Positions 17,570 through 26,834 of a stretch of DNA of 64,000 nt are shown piece after piece. This stretch comes from a virus (lineage: Duplodnaviria; Caudoviricetes), in the IMG/VR virus record IMGVR_UViG_2974613666_000001, positions 64,001 through 128,000 of that record. One strand, written 5' to 3'. The notes under the pieces were generated by a model, which saw only the letters and a program-made list of their open reading frames with translations, did not search any database and was not told the DNA's origin. Positions within the stretch are counted from its first letter, which is position 1. Each line of letters starts with the position of its first letter. The translations under genes and the position numbers were made by a program.

Positions 17570-18610
17570 CTAACCAGCAGCGCTCCCATAATAAGCACTG
17601 TGCCAACCCTGCTTACGCCGACGCGCAACATACTCCTTCCATCTATCACTATGGTGGAACGATCGTTTGTGCTTGACTTTAGGTTTCACTTCCTCTTGCA
17701 GTCTGTCAATCTCCAAATCAACACCTACACCATTGTCATACTCTGAACAAGTATTCAGCACAATCTGAAAAGCGTTAGCATTCCTAGCCATACATACATC
17801 AGGGTGGACAGCCTGCGATAGCTTGCGTCTGCCAGATTTCCCAAACTTTTTGATAAATTTTAGGCAAACTAACCGCATTCTGTTTTCATCAACGCCATAA
17901 CTGTGCAAATCTTTCTTGATACGGGTGATCGCCCTTCGGCATTTCTCATCATCACTCATCTGGTTGTCTACAATTGGGACTACTTTTAGCTGACATTCCG
18001 ACTGTTGCAGTAGCTCAATTACAGTCTTAAGTGTGATCGCTCTTTCGACCAATGACTTTGATAGTGAAGTCAAACCCCAGGTAAGTTTGTGAACTTTATA
18101 GTATTCACGCTCTAGTACCCCATTAATTACAGCACCTGATAAGCAGTTGCAGTCATACACCTGTCTCACACCGTCGTTTGTTTCGCGTAAATACTCACCT
18201 ACTTTTTTCTTCAAAGAGTAGTCTGATAAACGTTTTAGTCCACAACCAACCATTGCATCTGATAAAAACTTCAAATCCTTGGTTACTGTTTCAGGTAATC
18301 TGATTGATCGTAATTTCTCAATGCTAGTCAGGAGTTGGGAAGTAAATTTGATGTAATCTCCAATCTCGCCACTATTTAATCTAGCTGCTATTTTTTCAAC
18401 TGCTTGTTGAGGATAAAGTTGCAGAGCGATCGTCCTTAATAGCATTTGGGTTACAGCTTCCTTGGAGAATGTTGGCTGTCCTATTTTTTCACGGTATTGG
18501 CGGTAAATAACTTGCATTTGGTGGTCGCTGTAGTGTTTACCCCTAATTGCCCACAGTAAATGCTCGATCTCCTTGCGGCTGTAGTGGTCTTTTATTTGTA
18601 GTTGTTTCAC
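17570..18610 (-). CDS. Hypothetical basic protein
   Basis: 346-aa ORF preceded by AAGGT RBS. Confidence 0.65.
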   Translation of the reverse strand: MKQLQIKDHYSRKEIEHLLWAIRGKHYSDHQMQVIYRQYREKIGQPTFSKEAVTQMLLRTIALQLYPQQAVEKIAARLNSGEIGDYIKFTSQLLTSIEKLRSIRLPETVTKDLKFLSDAMVGCGLKRLSDYSLKKKVGEYLRETNDGVRQVYDCNCLSGAVINGVLEREYYKVHKLTWGLTSLSKSLVERAITLKTVIELLQQSECQLKVVPIVDNQMSDDEKCRRAITRIKKDLHSYGVDENRMRLVCLKFIKKFGKSGRRKLSQAVHPDVCMARNANAFQIVLNTCSEYDNGVGVDLEIDRLQEEVKPKVKHKRSFHHSDRWKEYVARRRKQGWHSAYYGSAAG

Positions 18611-18687
18611 TTTGTTTTACCTTATAGCAGTAACGCTATTATATATGATAAACCACCAAGCTGTATCAGTTGGTGGTTATGTTTGGT

Positions 18688-20456
18688 TTAACGTGTTAGC
18701 ACTTCCAACTGTTCAGTGCTTATAGCCTCAGAAAATGCTTGAAACAGGGTTATCTCCGTTCCGAATTTAAACACCCTATAAGGATCACTAAGCACGGACT
18801 TATGCCATTCTTCTATGAAAGCCTTAACTTTTGGGTATCTCTTCCATAAGTAGTAAATACCTGTAGCTGTTGGGTTTGTGATAGCAGCTTCAGTTTTGAG
18901 CCTGTGAAGCTCAGAAAGTATATCTCTTTTCCAGCCATGATACACAGCCAGATCGTTGCCGTTTAGATATTCATCACCGTCTCTAACTGATATAAACCAG
19001 TAACGGTCTAGCCCGTTAGCAGCTAAACAACCCGTGAATCCCATCAAATCATCTGGATTATCCAGTAGCTCATCACAGCAAAGCAGTTCCCGCCCTCTCA
19101 CTCGGATTATCATTGCTTGTCTCCTTAAAAACTAAAACTATCTTGCGCTGATTCCCGGCCACTATTACTCGCACTTGCAGCTACCCAAGCTAGTAAATGT
19201 GGACATCCTAGCTCTATACATTCTTGAGCCAGTGCCACACCGAAAGTGAACTTATGATACGTGTGGCTCGTCCTATGTGGTGGGTTGTAGGGCTGGGAAC
19301 AATTCTTAATCAACTGCCTAGCCGCTTCAGGTAATTGTAGGAAGTCGTGGTCTGATGTGGTGTAAATTATTGTAGTTTCCATCAACTTATGTCTACCTCG
19401 TCTAAAATTGATACTACTCGCTCTAATATCTCGGTTGGAACCTTCTTAAAATTCCGTCGCTGCTCAACATACTCCATAATTGATCGCTGCAAGCCTATCC
19501 TGTAGGCTTTTTCTTTATCTGTGATGAAGTGGTTGGTTTCAATGAAACCTTTTAGCTGTAATGGATTCATACTGTTACTTTACTCCGGATAGATTTGAAA
19601 CCTGCTTTAACTTTCTTGACTGATTTAACTGGTGCTGGTTGCGGATCTTCAGTAATAACTGCTTCCTGCGTGACTTCCTCAGAAACGATCACATCCGCTT
19701 GATTTTCTACTTGCAGTGCTGTTTCTACGACTGCTTCAGGTTCTACGCTTTCCCTCACTTGTTCAGTTGCTTCAGGTTTAGCAGTTGGTTTTATTTCACT
19801 CATAAAACCAATGTACTGCTGCTTTCCGTAAGTTGTCCAGGGTTTTGCTAGAGTGTGAATTGCTTGGAAAACTACGATTACAGCAACAATCAAAATGACT
19901 GCGGGCGCAATTGGGCTTTGTGTGTTGAAGTTGTTTGTGGTTGTCATCAGTCTTACCTTTTGTTGTGGTTGGCTTATTTTGGTGGCTACCTGTTTTAGTT
20001 GAGGTAGCCTTGCGATTAAAATTTGGTGAGGAGTTCTGCTATTAGTTCTTGGTCATTTGTGGGGTCAAGCCGGGTTACTTTCTCTAGTAACTCCTGATGA
20101 AGCTTTTTCAGCTTATGTGCTGCATCTCGTTTTATTGCATTATCCACTGCTTTTTCAACTTCTTCAGCCAGGAACAAAGATCGGTAAGATGCACCACCGA
20201 CAGCATCAGTAACTTTTTGGGTACTCGTACAGTCTCTAGAAGATGTAGAAAAGTTGATACCGTGGGAAGTCTTCACTATTCCCCTAGCATCTACCTTAAT
20301 TACTGACACTTCAATAAGCTCTTGGTGGAGTTGGTACACATCACCTATAAAAACTCTTGTACCTGGTTGTAGCTGCTTGCCCTCTTCTGAGGACATTGCA
20401 TAAAGTTTAGGGTGTGTTTTTGTTAATGCTTGGTTGATTTCTGCGATTGTCATCAT
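18688..20456 (-). other. Run of small hypothetical phage genes (18688-19113, 19125-19385, 19382-19570, 19567-19947, 20016-20456)
   Basis: Tightly packed or overlapping co-oriented ORFs downstream of promoter-motif copy 2. Confidence 0.6.
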
Positions 20457-20645
20457 GTTCCGCTACCTCGTTTACTTCCTCTATCTTGCCCTACTTCCTC
20501 AATTAAATCAACCGTAATTATACTGAATTTAATTATACTTAAGACAGGAGTACACCTAAATCTGATATATTTGGTTGACAAGATAAGATAGTATAGCTAC
20601 TATAACTATAAGCTGACGAACTGACAAGCTCGTAGGCTGAAATAC

Positions 20646-21314
20646 TTGAAACAACTAACAAAGGTAAAACAAATGTCGGATTTAGCAATTTTCAGCGAGA
20701 ATAATGATACGGAAAAGAAGCCTACTTCTAATGGAGCTACCACAGGCTCAATGACCAAGAAGGGTAAAGGTGGCGGGTTATCAAAACGGAATGCCAATAA
20801 AAACGCACTCGCCAACGCTGTACCCCCTGAAGCAATTCAAAACATTGAAATAATTAACAGGAAGTTCGGGGCTGAGTTTACCCCGGCATTACTTGCTAAA
20901 CTAACTGAGGTAGCAGATAGCTGGGAAGCTAACTACACTCAGGAAAGAATGCTAGAGGAAGCATTAGTAATCGCTGCTGATAAGAGATCGCGTGATGCGG
21001 CTGTAGAGGGTCGTCAACGGGCGCAACTGCAAATCAAAAGACGCGAGTTACTAGCGCTCAAATCAGAAGCCGAAGAATGGATGGAAAATACCTTTGATAC
21101 TTTCATCTCGAAACAGTTGGGCGCTGGTTTACCTGTAGCTTACGTTCAGCAACTTGCAACTTCGCAAGCAGCTAATTTCCACGTTGACTTGAACGACTTT
21201 AAACTGAAGGAAGATGGTAGCTGGGGAGAGTTCGCACCTGTGTTTATTCACGAGGATGAGATTGAACTTACTACGCAACGCCTGATTGAAATGGGCGTTG
21301 AGGTAGAGAACTAA
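20646..21314 (+). CDS. Hypothetical coiled-coil protein (likely start MSDLA at 20673)
   Basis: First gene of a plus-strand operon; promoter TTGACA-N17-TACTAT at ~20575-20603. Confidence 0.65.
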   Translation: MKQLTKVKQMSDLAIFSENNDTEKKPTSNGATTGSMTKKGKGGGLSKRNANKNALANAVPPEAIQNIEIINRKFGAEFTPALLAKLTEVADSWEANYTQERMLEEALVIAADKRSRDAAVEGRQRAQLQIKRRELLALKSEAEEWMENTFDTFISKQLGAGLPVAYVQQLATSQAANFHVDLNDFKLKEDGSWGEFAPVFIHEDEIELTTQRLIEMGVEVEN

Positions 21315-21493
21315 TGTACTACCTCATAAGAGCGATAGCGTGTCTCATTATCGTGGTTGCTATGTGTCAGCTTTTTACCAGCAAAGATAGATTAGCCGCT
21401 TATGCTGGGCTTGCAATTCTTTTCTCAATACGATTGCTACTAATCTAAAACAATGGAAACCACAGCACGACAAAACAACAACAGATCACTAAC
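21314..21493 (+). CDS. Small two-TM protein, 59 aa (below the ORF-track cutoff)
   Basis: TAATG coupling; MYYLIRAIACLIIVVAMCQLF..AAYAGLAILFLNTIAT. Confidence 0.55.
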
Positions 21494-21677
21494 ACTAGCA
21501 GGTGTAAATAAGCTTTTCTCCTGCTTAGAACCCGCACCAGTAGTGAAACAAGACCCGAAGCTAGGTTACTACAGTGTAGCCTACAGAGGTGAGATATTGA
21601 TGGATAAAACCCTGACAAATGTCAGCCAGGAGTTGTTAAAGCTGGTCGCAAACCAAAGAACTGAGGTGACTGAATAA
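21453..21677 (+). CDS. Hypothetical protein
   Basis: 74-aa ORF coupled to the next gene. Confidence 0.55.
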   Translation: METTARQNNNRSLTLAGVNKLFSCLEPAPVVKQDPKLGYYSVAYRGEILMDKTLTNVSQELLKLVANQRTEVTE

Positions 21678-22024
21678 TGAAGAAAAGAAGTGGGGGATCT
21701 TTTGAACTTCCCCCACAATCTGAAACCAACCAACGAGAACTACAGTTAACCGACTGCGAGATCGAAGCTTTACGTTCTGAAAGAGAGAAAAGCTATCTAT
21801 ACAGGATGGCACTGATAGACAACGCACTAGATTTACTTCCATTACTGCTTTTAGCAAAGGACAAGAAAATGATTGATTTCATCAACTCTGCTTTAGAGGG
21901 TGCTTTAGGCTCTGGTTCAGCACTATTTCTTGGTGCAGCCGCATTGGGAATTACAGTGAATGCCCCAGTTATTTTGTCCGCTTTATTTGGTGGCGCTTTG
22001 ATCAACTATGCTGTGAGGGAATAG
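21677..22024 (+). CDS. Membrane protein with Gly/Ala-rich C-terminal TM helices
   Basis: GALGSGSALFLGAAALGITVNAPVILSALFGGALINY. Confidence 0.6.
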   Translation: MKKRSGGSFELPPQSETNQRELQLTDCEIEALRSEREKSYLYRMALIDNALDLLPLLLLAKDKKMIDFINSALEGALGSGSALFLGAAALGITVNAPVILSALFGGALINYAVRE

Positions 22025-22382
22025 TTATGGAACCTGGTTATTGTTGATTACTACCATCACGATCAGTATTTAGTAATTGAGAAAATCGACAATGGTTACT
22101 ATTTCACAATTGAAGGTAGTAGATGTAAGGAACCCTTCAAATCAGCATCAGAAGCTGAGATAGCAGCACAAATGACAATTGAGCATGATTTAGAAAATGA
22201 GGACATTGAGTAATGCTACAACTATACCGAGTAATTTACACACCACACAACACTGACACAAGGATAAAGGTAACTAAGCCTATGACCTTACAAAAAGCAA
22301 TCAATACTGCATCAGAGCTAACAAAAGAAAACACTACTGACAACTTATGCTATTCACTTGAATTAGTAATGGAGAATGCTGA

Positions 22383-22838
22383 ATGCTAACCTTACCAGCA
22401 GGTTCTGTAGAACGGAAACCACAAGGTAAACTTAAACCTAAAGTATTCTGGTTAGGTTCTGCAATGGTAGCAAGTCTGTTACTTTACAGTAAAACTACAC
22501 AGCAGCCTAAATTAGTGCAACTCGAAACCAGTAACCAACCAGCACAATACACAGCAGTAGTAGATCGCTTGGCTGATAATTACCTAGTAGTGGCTCAACA
22601 GTTAACAAGTACACCAGGAAACAACTGCTACAAGCGATCACTCAATGACTGCCTAACTTTGATGAAGCCTGAAGAGGTGCGATCGTTTGAGTCTTTACCA
22701 CCACAGCAAGCCATCAACTCTGAGTTAAAGTTTCTAGTTTTTCAAGTGAGGGTAGAAGCTTTGGAACTGGCAAAAGAACGTGTAAGCAGTAGTAGCAGAA
22801 AACTGAGATTAGTTCAGGAGAAGAGCCATGCCGGGTAA
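22383..22838 (+). CDS. Single-TM protein
   Basis: VFWLGSAMVASLLLY helix followed by a soluble domain with a Cys pair. Confidence 0.6.
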   Translation: MLTLPAGSVERKPQGKLKPKVFWLGSAMVASLLLYSKTTQQPKLVQLETSNQPAQYTAVVDRLADNYLVVAQQLTSTPGNNCYKRSLNDCLTLMKPEEVRSFESLPPQQAINSELKFLVFQVRVEALELAKERVSSSSRKLRLVQEKSHAG

Positions 22839-23469
22839 ATTGAATTTAAGCTTGAATGCACCAGCTACTTACACAGCATTAGGACAGTGGACTGGTGTTT
22901 CTCAAGCAACAGTAAACGCAGCTTTAAACGGTGATCAAGGTGCAGCAGCCCAAATATTAGATTTTTCTGAGCAAGCTAAGGCTAGAGCGTCTAATGCAGA
23001 AACTATACTTAATGCGGCTACTGAGGGTGTGGAGGCTCTAGGTGAAGTGATAGCCTTAGAGGCACAATTCTTAGGTACTGCTTCTCAGACTTTTACTACA
23101 GCAGCGAAGGCTGTGAACTCTACTTTCCAAAAAGATAAAAAGTTTCAGCACTCACTAATTGAAGGGCAAGTGCAACATAGGTTAGCCGTTGATGAGGAGA
23201 ACGTCAGACATAAACGAGCATTGAACTTGTTACCTATGGAATCTAAAACACGAGAAACCATTGCTGGGATAAACTACGAAACCAAGCGTTACCAGTTAAA
23301 TCAGCAGGTAAACGAAGCTAGAGAAAACCGCAAAGAAGCCTTAAATCAACTATCTACACGTCAAAAACAACTGCAAAGTCTACAGCGTGTCGGTGGCGGT
23401 GGCAAGGGCTTAGGTAGTCCTATCGCCAACGGTGTTAAAGGCTTTTTCAATTTCCTGTTTGGTCATTAA
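22828..23469 (+). CDS. Long helical / coiled-coil protein with an amphipathic C-terminus
   Basis: AGGAG RBS; Ala-rich helices; ends IANGVKGFFNFLFGH. Confidence 0.65.
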   Translation: MPGKLNLSLNAPATYTALGQWTGVSQATVNAALNGDQGAAAQILDFSEQAKARASNAETILNAATEGVEALGEVIALEAQFLGTASQTFTTAAKAVNSTFQKDKKFQHSLIEGQVQHRLAVDEENVRHKRALNLLPMESKTRETIAGINYETKRYQLNQQVNEARENRKEALNQLSTRQKQLQSLQRVGGGGKGLGSPIANGVKGFFNFLFGH

Positions 23470-23486
23470 ATTTAAGGAGGATTGCA

Positions 23487-23666
23487 ATGTTCGATGATTT
23501 TCTATCTAGCGCACTGATCACAGGTTCTGCTGTAGGTATATTAAGTTTCACCTCTTACATAGTAGCTGGCGTGATCGTCTCTGTGGGTAGTGGGTTAATT
23601 GTTCCTGCTGGTTTATTAGCTGGAATTGTGTTTGCTGTTGGCGGTTTAGTTAGAGGTAGGGTGTAA
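23487..23666 (+). CDS. Very hydrophobic Gly-rich 59-aa membrane protein (below the ORF-track cutoff)
   Basis: Strong AAGGAGG RBS; MFDDFLSSALITGSAVGILSFTSYIVAGVIVSVGSGLIVPAGLLAGIVFAVGGLVRGRV. Confidence 0.7.
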   Translation: MFDDFLSSALITGSAVGILSFTSYIVAGVIVSVGSGLIVPAGLLAGIVFAVGGLVRGRV

Positions 23667-23865
23667 TGCAAACCACAAAGTTACTCTTAACTAAATACGA
23701 ATTACAAGAGGCTAGAGATTAAATGCAAAGACTGCTTACCGTGGCAGGATCTGATAACTGATGAGGATGTCGATGCTTTAACTGATAAGCAGGTTGAGGA
23801 CGGCATTGCTATGAACTACGACGGCGGTTTAAGTGGGTTCAAAATGGCTTGTGTAGGTAATTAAA

Positions 23866-24138
23866 ATGTGTTTAACAGATATCTCAATCGGTCAAAGTTG
23901 CGTAGTCAGATATGGAAACAGTCACTGCATCCCCACAAATGTAAGCAAGGTTAGCAAACTAGATGGTACTTTCCAGGTACATTCCCATCCCAACTTTCCA
24001 GGACTGGAGAAAGAAAAATTTACCCTCAAACTCGTGACTGCGGTATCTGATCCAAGTAAAAAGCAGAGACATTACAATCACGTCGGCGGATCAAAAGTAA
24101 TAGATGTTAATTGCTGGGTCGAGTTCATAGTTTACTAA
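23866..24138 (+). CDS. Hypothetical protein
   Basis: 90-aa ORF. Confidence 0.5.
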   Translation: MCLTDISIGQSCVVRYGNSHCIPTNVSKVSKLDGTFQVHSHPNFPGLEKEKFTLKLVTAVSDPSKKQRHYNHVGGSKVIDVNCWVEFIVY

Positions 24139-24253
24139 TTTTGCCAATATGTACAGTATGGAACACCTTAGTTATTTCTAGGGTGTTTTTCGCTCTTGAT
24201 ATAAGATAGCAGCAGTGCTATATTATTGAAATAACTTAAACAAGTGGAACAGC

Positions 24254-24568
24254 ATGAAACGACGATCGCTCACACAAACACTCAACTACTATGGACAATC
24301 ATGCTTATTGATGTGTGGGGCTGAGGCAATGTGCCAGGATCTACCCCGTCAGCTAGGGATTGATATGTTCATGCTTTTAAGCGAAATCAACCCTGATAAT
24401 TCAACAGCCGAGGATTTTACTTTGCTTTTACTGAGACTAATGAAGGCTTATCCCAACGTAACTCAGACACAACTACTAGACTTACACGCTGAGATAGTCA
24501 AGATTATTGGCGACTATGGTGATCGCATTTTGCAAGAAATAGCAGGAGGTCAACGAGATGTTAGCTAG
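24254..24568 (+). CDS. Hypothetical protein
   Basis: 104-aa ORF overlapping the next gene. Confidence 0.55.
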   Translation: MKRRSLTQTLNYYGQSCLLMCGAEAMCQDLPRQLGIDMFMLLSEINPDNSTAEDFTLLLLRLMKAYPNVTQTQLLDLHAEIVKIIGDYGDRILQEIAGGQRDVS

Positions 24569-25100
24569 AAATAATGGCTATTATCAGCAGGAGCAGCAAG
24601 AACCAGACTACTTATATGAGCAGTATGACTCACAGCAAGTGCAGCGACGTATTGAGGATAGTGATGCGTGGGTTGATACTGGTATTGGTGTCGGACAAGG
24701 GGTGGTATTAGCAGGTATTCAGATGGTAACAGTCGAAACCTTGTATATGTTTGGTGCTGTGGGATTTTTCCCGATGGTAGTTGCAGCAATACCTGTAACC
24801 CTAGCCTTTGGCACTGTGCTGAACACCATCACCATAGATAACGGTTTCTCAGTAAGTGATTTGGGTAAATTTGGTGGAGGTTTGTCGAGGTGTGCTTTGC
24901 TGTCGCTGAGTTCTTGGAAACTTTACAGTGATAACAAGAGATCACACGAGATAGCCAAAGAAGGTATCTCCACTATTCAGTACCAACTGGATAAATATGA
25001 AGGTAGGCAGCAGCCGGCTAACTATGATAATTTGGGGTTGATTGCGATCGTCCTTGGGCTGTTTCTTGTGGGAGTGGTTATGGGTGGTAGAAGGAAATGA
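24558..25100 (+). CDS. Multi-pass membrane protein
   Basis: GGAGG RBS; three to four hydrophobic helices and a basic C-terminus. Confidence 0.65.
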   Translation: MLARNNGYYQQEQQEPDYLYEQYDSQQVQRRIEDSDAWVDTGIGVGQGVVLAGIQMVTVETLYMFGAVGFFPMVVAAIPVTLAFGTVLNTITIDNGFSVSDLGKFGGGLSRCALLSLSSWKLYSDNKRSHEIAKEGISTIQYQLDKYEGRQQPANYDNLGLIAIVLGLFLVGVVMGGRRK

Positions 25101-25331
25101 GTTATTGAGTTAAAAAATATAGGTGCAAAATAAAACCCCTAACTATTACAGCTAGGGGTTTTTGGTTATCTAATAAACAATTGTCTCTACTGCCACTAAA
25201 ACCCCGACATTAAGAATGTTATGGGATACGAGAAAGTTAAAACTCTGTTCACGGAGAACAACGGTACTAGATGCCATTCCTTAGTGGAAGATGCCTTTTC
25301 AAGAGCAGTATTGCAAAGATTAGGCTAAGTA

Positions 25332-25616
25332 ATGACCAGACCTAAAATACATTATATAGGCGATCCATGCTGTAACAGTAAAGGACGATCACCTTTATTA
25401 GCAGACAGTATTTATGATGTGACCTGCCAAGGATGTATTGCTGCTTTTCACGGTAAAAAATTGGGTGGTCGTCCTCCTAAGAATGAAACCAAAGGTGTGA
25501 CTGTAGCTGTGAATTTATCACCCAAGGCTTACGACAAACTACAAAGTATTCCAAGCGGTGATCGTTCTGGTTGGGTGAGTGAGTTGATTGAGAAAAGTAA
25601 TGAAAAGGTAAGATAA
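25332..25616 (+). CDS. Small DNA-binding protein (AT-hook-like GGRPP + RHH)
   Basis: GGRPPK..VTVAVNLSPKAYDKL..RSGWVSELIE. Confidence 0.6.
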   Translation: MTRPKIHYIGDPCCNSKGRSPLLADSIYDVTCQGCIAAFHGKKLGGRPPKNETKGVTVAVNLSPKAYDKLQSIPSGDRSGWVSELIEKSNEKVR

Positions 25617-25724
25617 TGCTACTGAAAATCACGATACCAAGTAATGAAAATAGTATAAGCCAGGAAATTGTGGCAGAAATTGCAACTTACTCTAAAACTG
25701 GACTCCATAAACAATCTTGGTATC

Positions 25725-26072
25725 TCAAAGAACCTTATGGGTTGTATCATTCACTACTGCTAGCTGCTGTTCCAGTAACTTATTATTGTTTTCTGCTAAC
25801 TTCCTAATTACTTGCTTTTGACCCAGTAACTTAGTGTATTCATATTGTCTTTTGGATGATTCCCTACTCCTCACCTTTGCTTCTTTTATGGTTTCGTTAG
25901 GCATATTTGCGCCTGGGGTTAAATAAACTTCGCTAAAGACTTTCTCAGGTTGATCAGGATAATACTTGTTAAACCTTCTGTAAAAAGCCGCTCTAGAAAT
26001 GCCTAGATGCTCAATCCATCGTGATTTGGTCAGTGTTAAACCATTGTAGGTTAAGAATACTTTTTTTGGCAT
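25725..26072 (-). CDS. HTH DNA-binding protein resembling the C-terminal domain of HNH homing endonucleases
   Basis: LTYNGLTLTKSRWIEHLGISRAAFYRR; start chosen at MPKK. Confidence 0.5.
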   Translation of the reverse strand: MPKKVFLTYNGLTLTKSRWIEHLGISRAAFYRRFNKYYPDQPEKVFSEVYLTPGANMPNETIKEAKVRSRESSKRQYEYTKLLGQKQVIRKLAENNNKLLEQQLAVVNDTTHKVL

Positions 26073-26076
26073 ATTG

Positions 26077-26752
26077 CTAAATCTCGATAACCCAGTAATC
26101 AGATAATTCAGCTTTAACTCTGTTGGCAACATTAAGCCAGTTAACAGATTTCCAAGCTGATTCACACGCTATAGATATCAAAGTATGCGGCAACCAATCA
26201 ACGTTGTCTGCGCCGCAAACAGAATCAACCATTTTATCTCTATTACTAAAGTCAAAGTGAGGGTAGTTATCTTGCGAACTTTTCTTACACTTTTCAGGTG
26301 TTATAGCATCTACATTTCCCTTATAGTCATAGAAAACACCTTCAACTAGATCACCAAATATTTCCTCTTCAAAAGCTGTTAACTCATTACTGCTCATCTG
26401 TCTTACTTCCTTATAGTTCACAAACATCTTACTGATTTAACCCCGTAGCACCTATTACGATTTATTCAGGGTCATCAACTTCACCAGACCTGTACCTTAT
26501 AAATTCCGCAATAATAGCTTCCCAGTTTGCTTGTCGCCAGAGTACACCCATAGCGGCTAATGCTAAAGGGCTACAAGCCCTATAGTGCGGATCCCGTTCT
26601 GGTTTTCCTTCTAAGTAATCTACAGTTTTAGCAATCTGACTATTGCTGCTACCTAGTATTGCTTTACAGTTATCTGCTGTTAGAGGCAGATCATTGGGAA
26701 TATAAGCCTCAAATAAATCCTGTAGTAATTCCTTTTCAAATGCGTTCATCAC
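26077..26752 (-). other. Two small, possibly paralogous hypothetical genes (26077-26427, 26462-26752)
   Basis: Both contain AFE.E...DL.E, T...CK and W...NW...A patterns. Confidence 0.55.
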
Positions 26753-26834
26753 TTTACCTCTGCGTTACTACTTGTTTTATCATAGCACCCCTACTATAAT
26801 ATATTGCATAAAGGTAAAACAAAAGGTAAAACAG

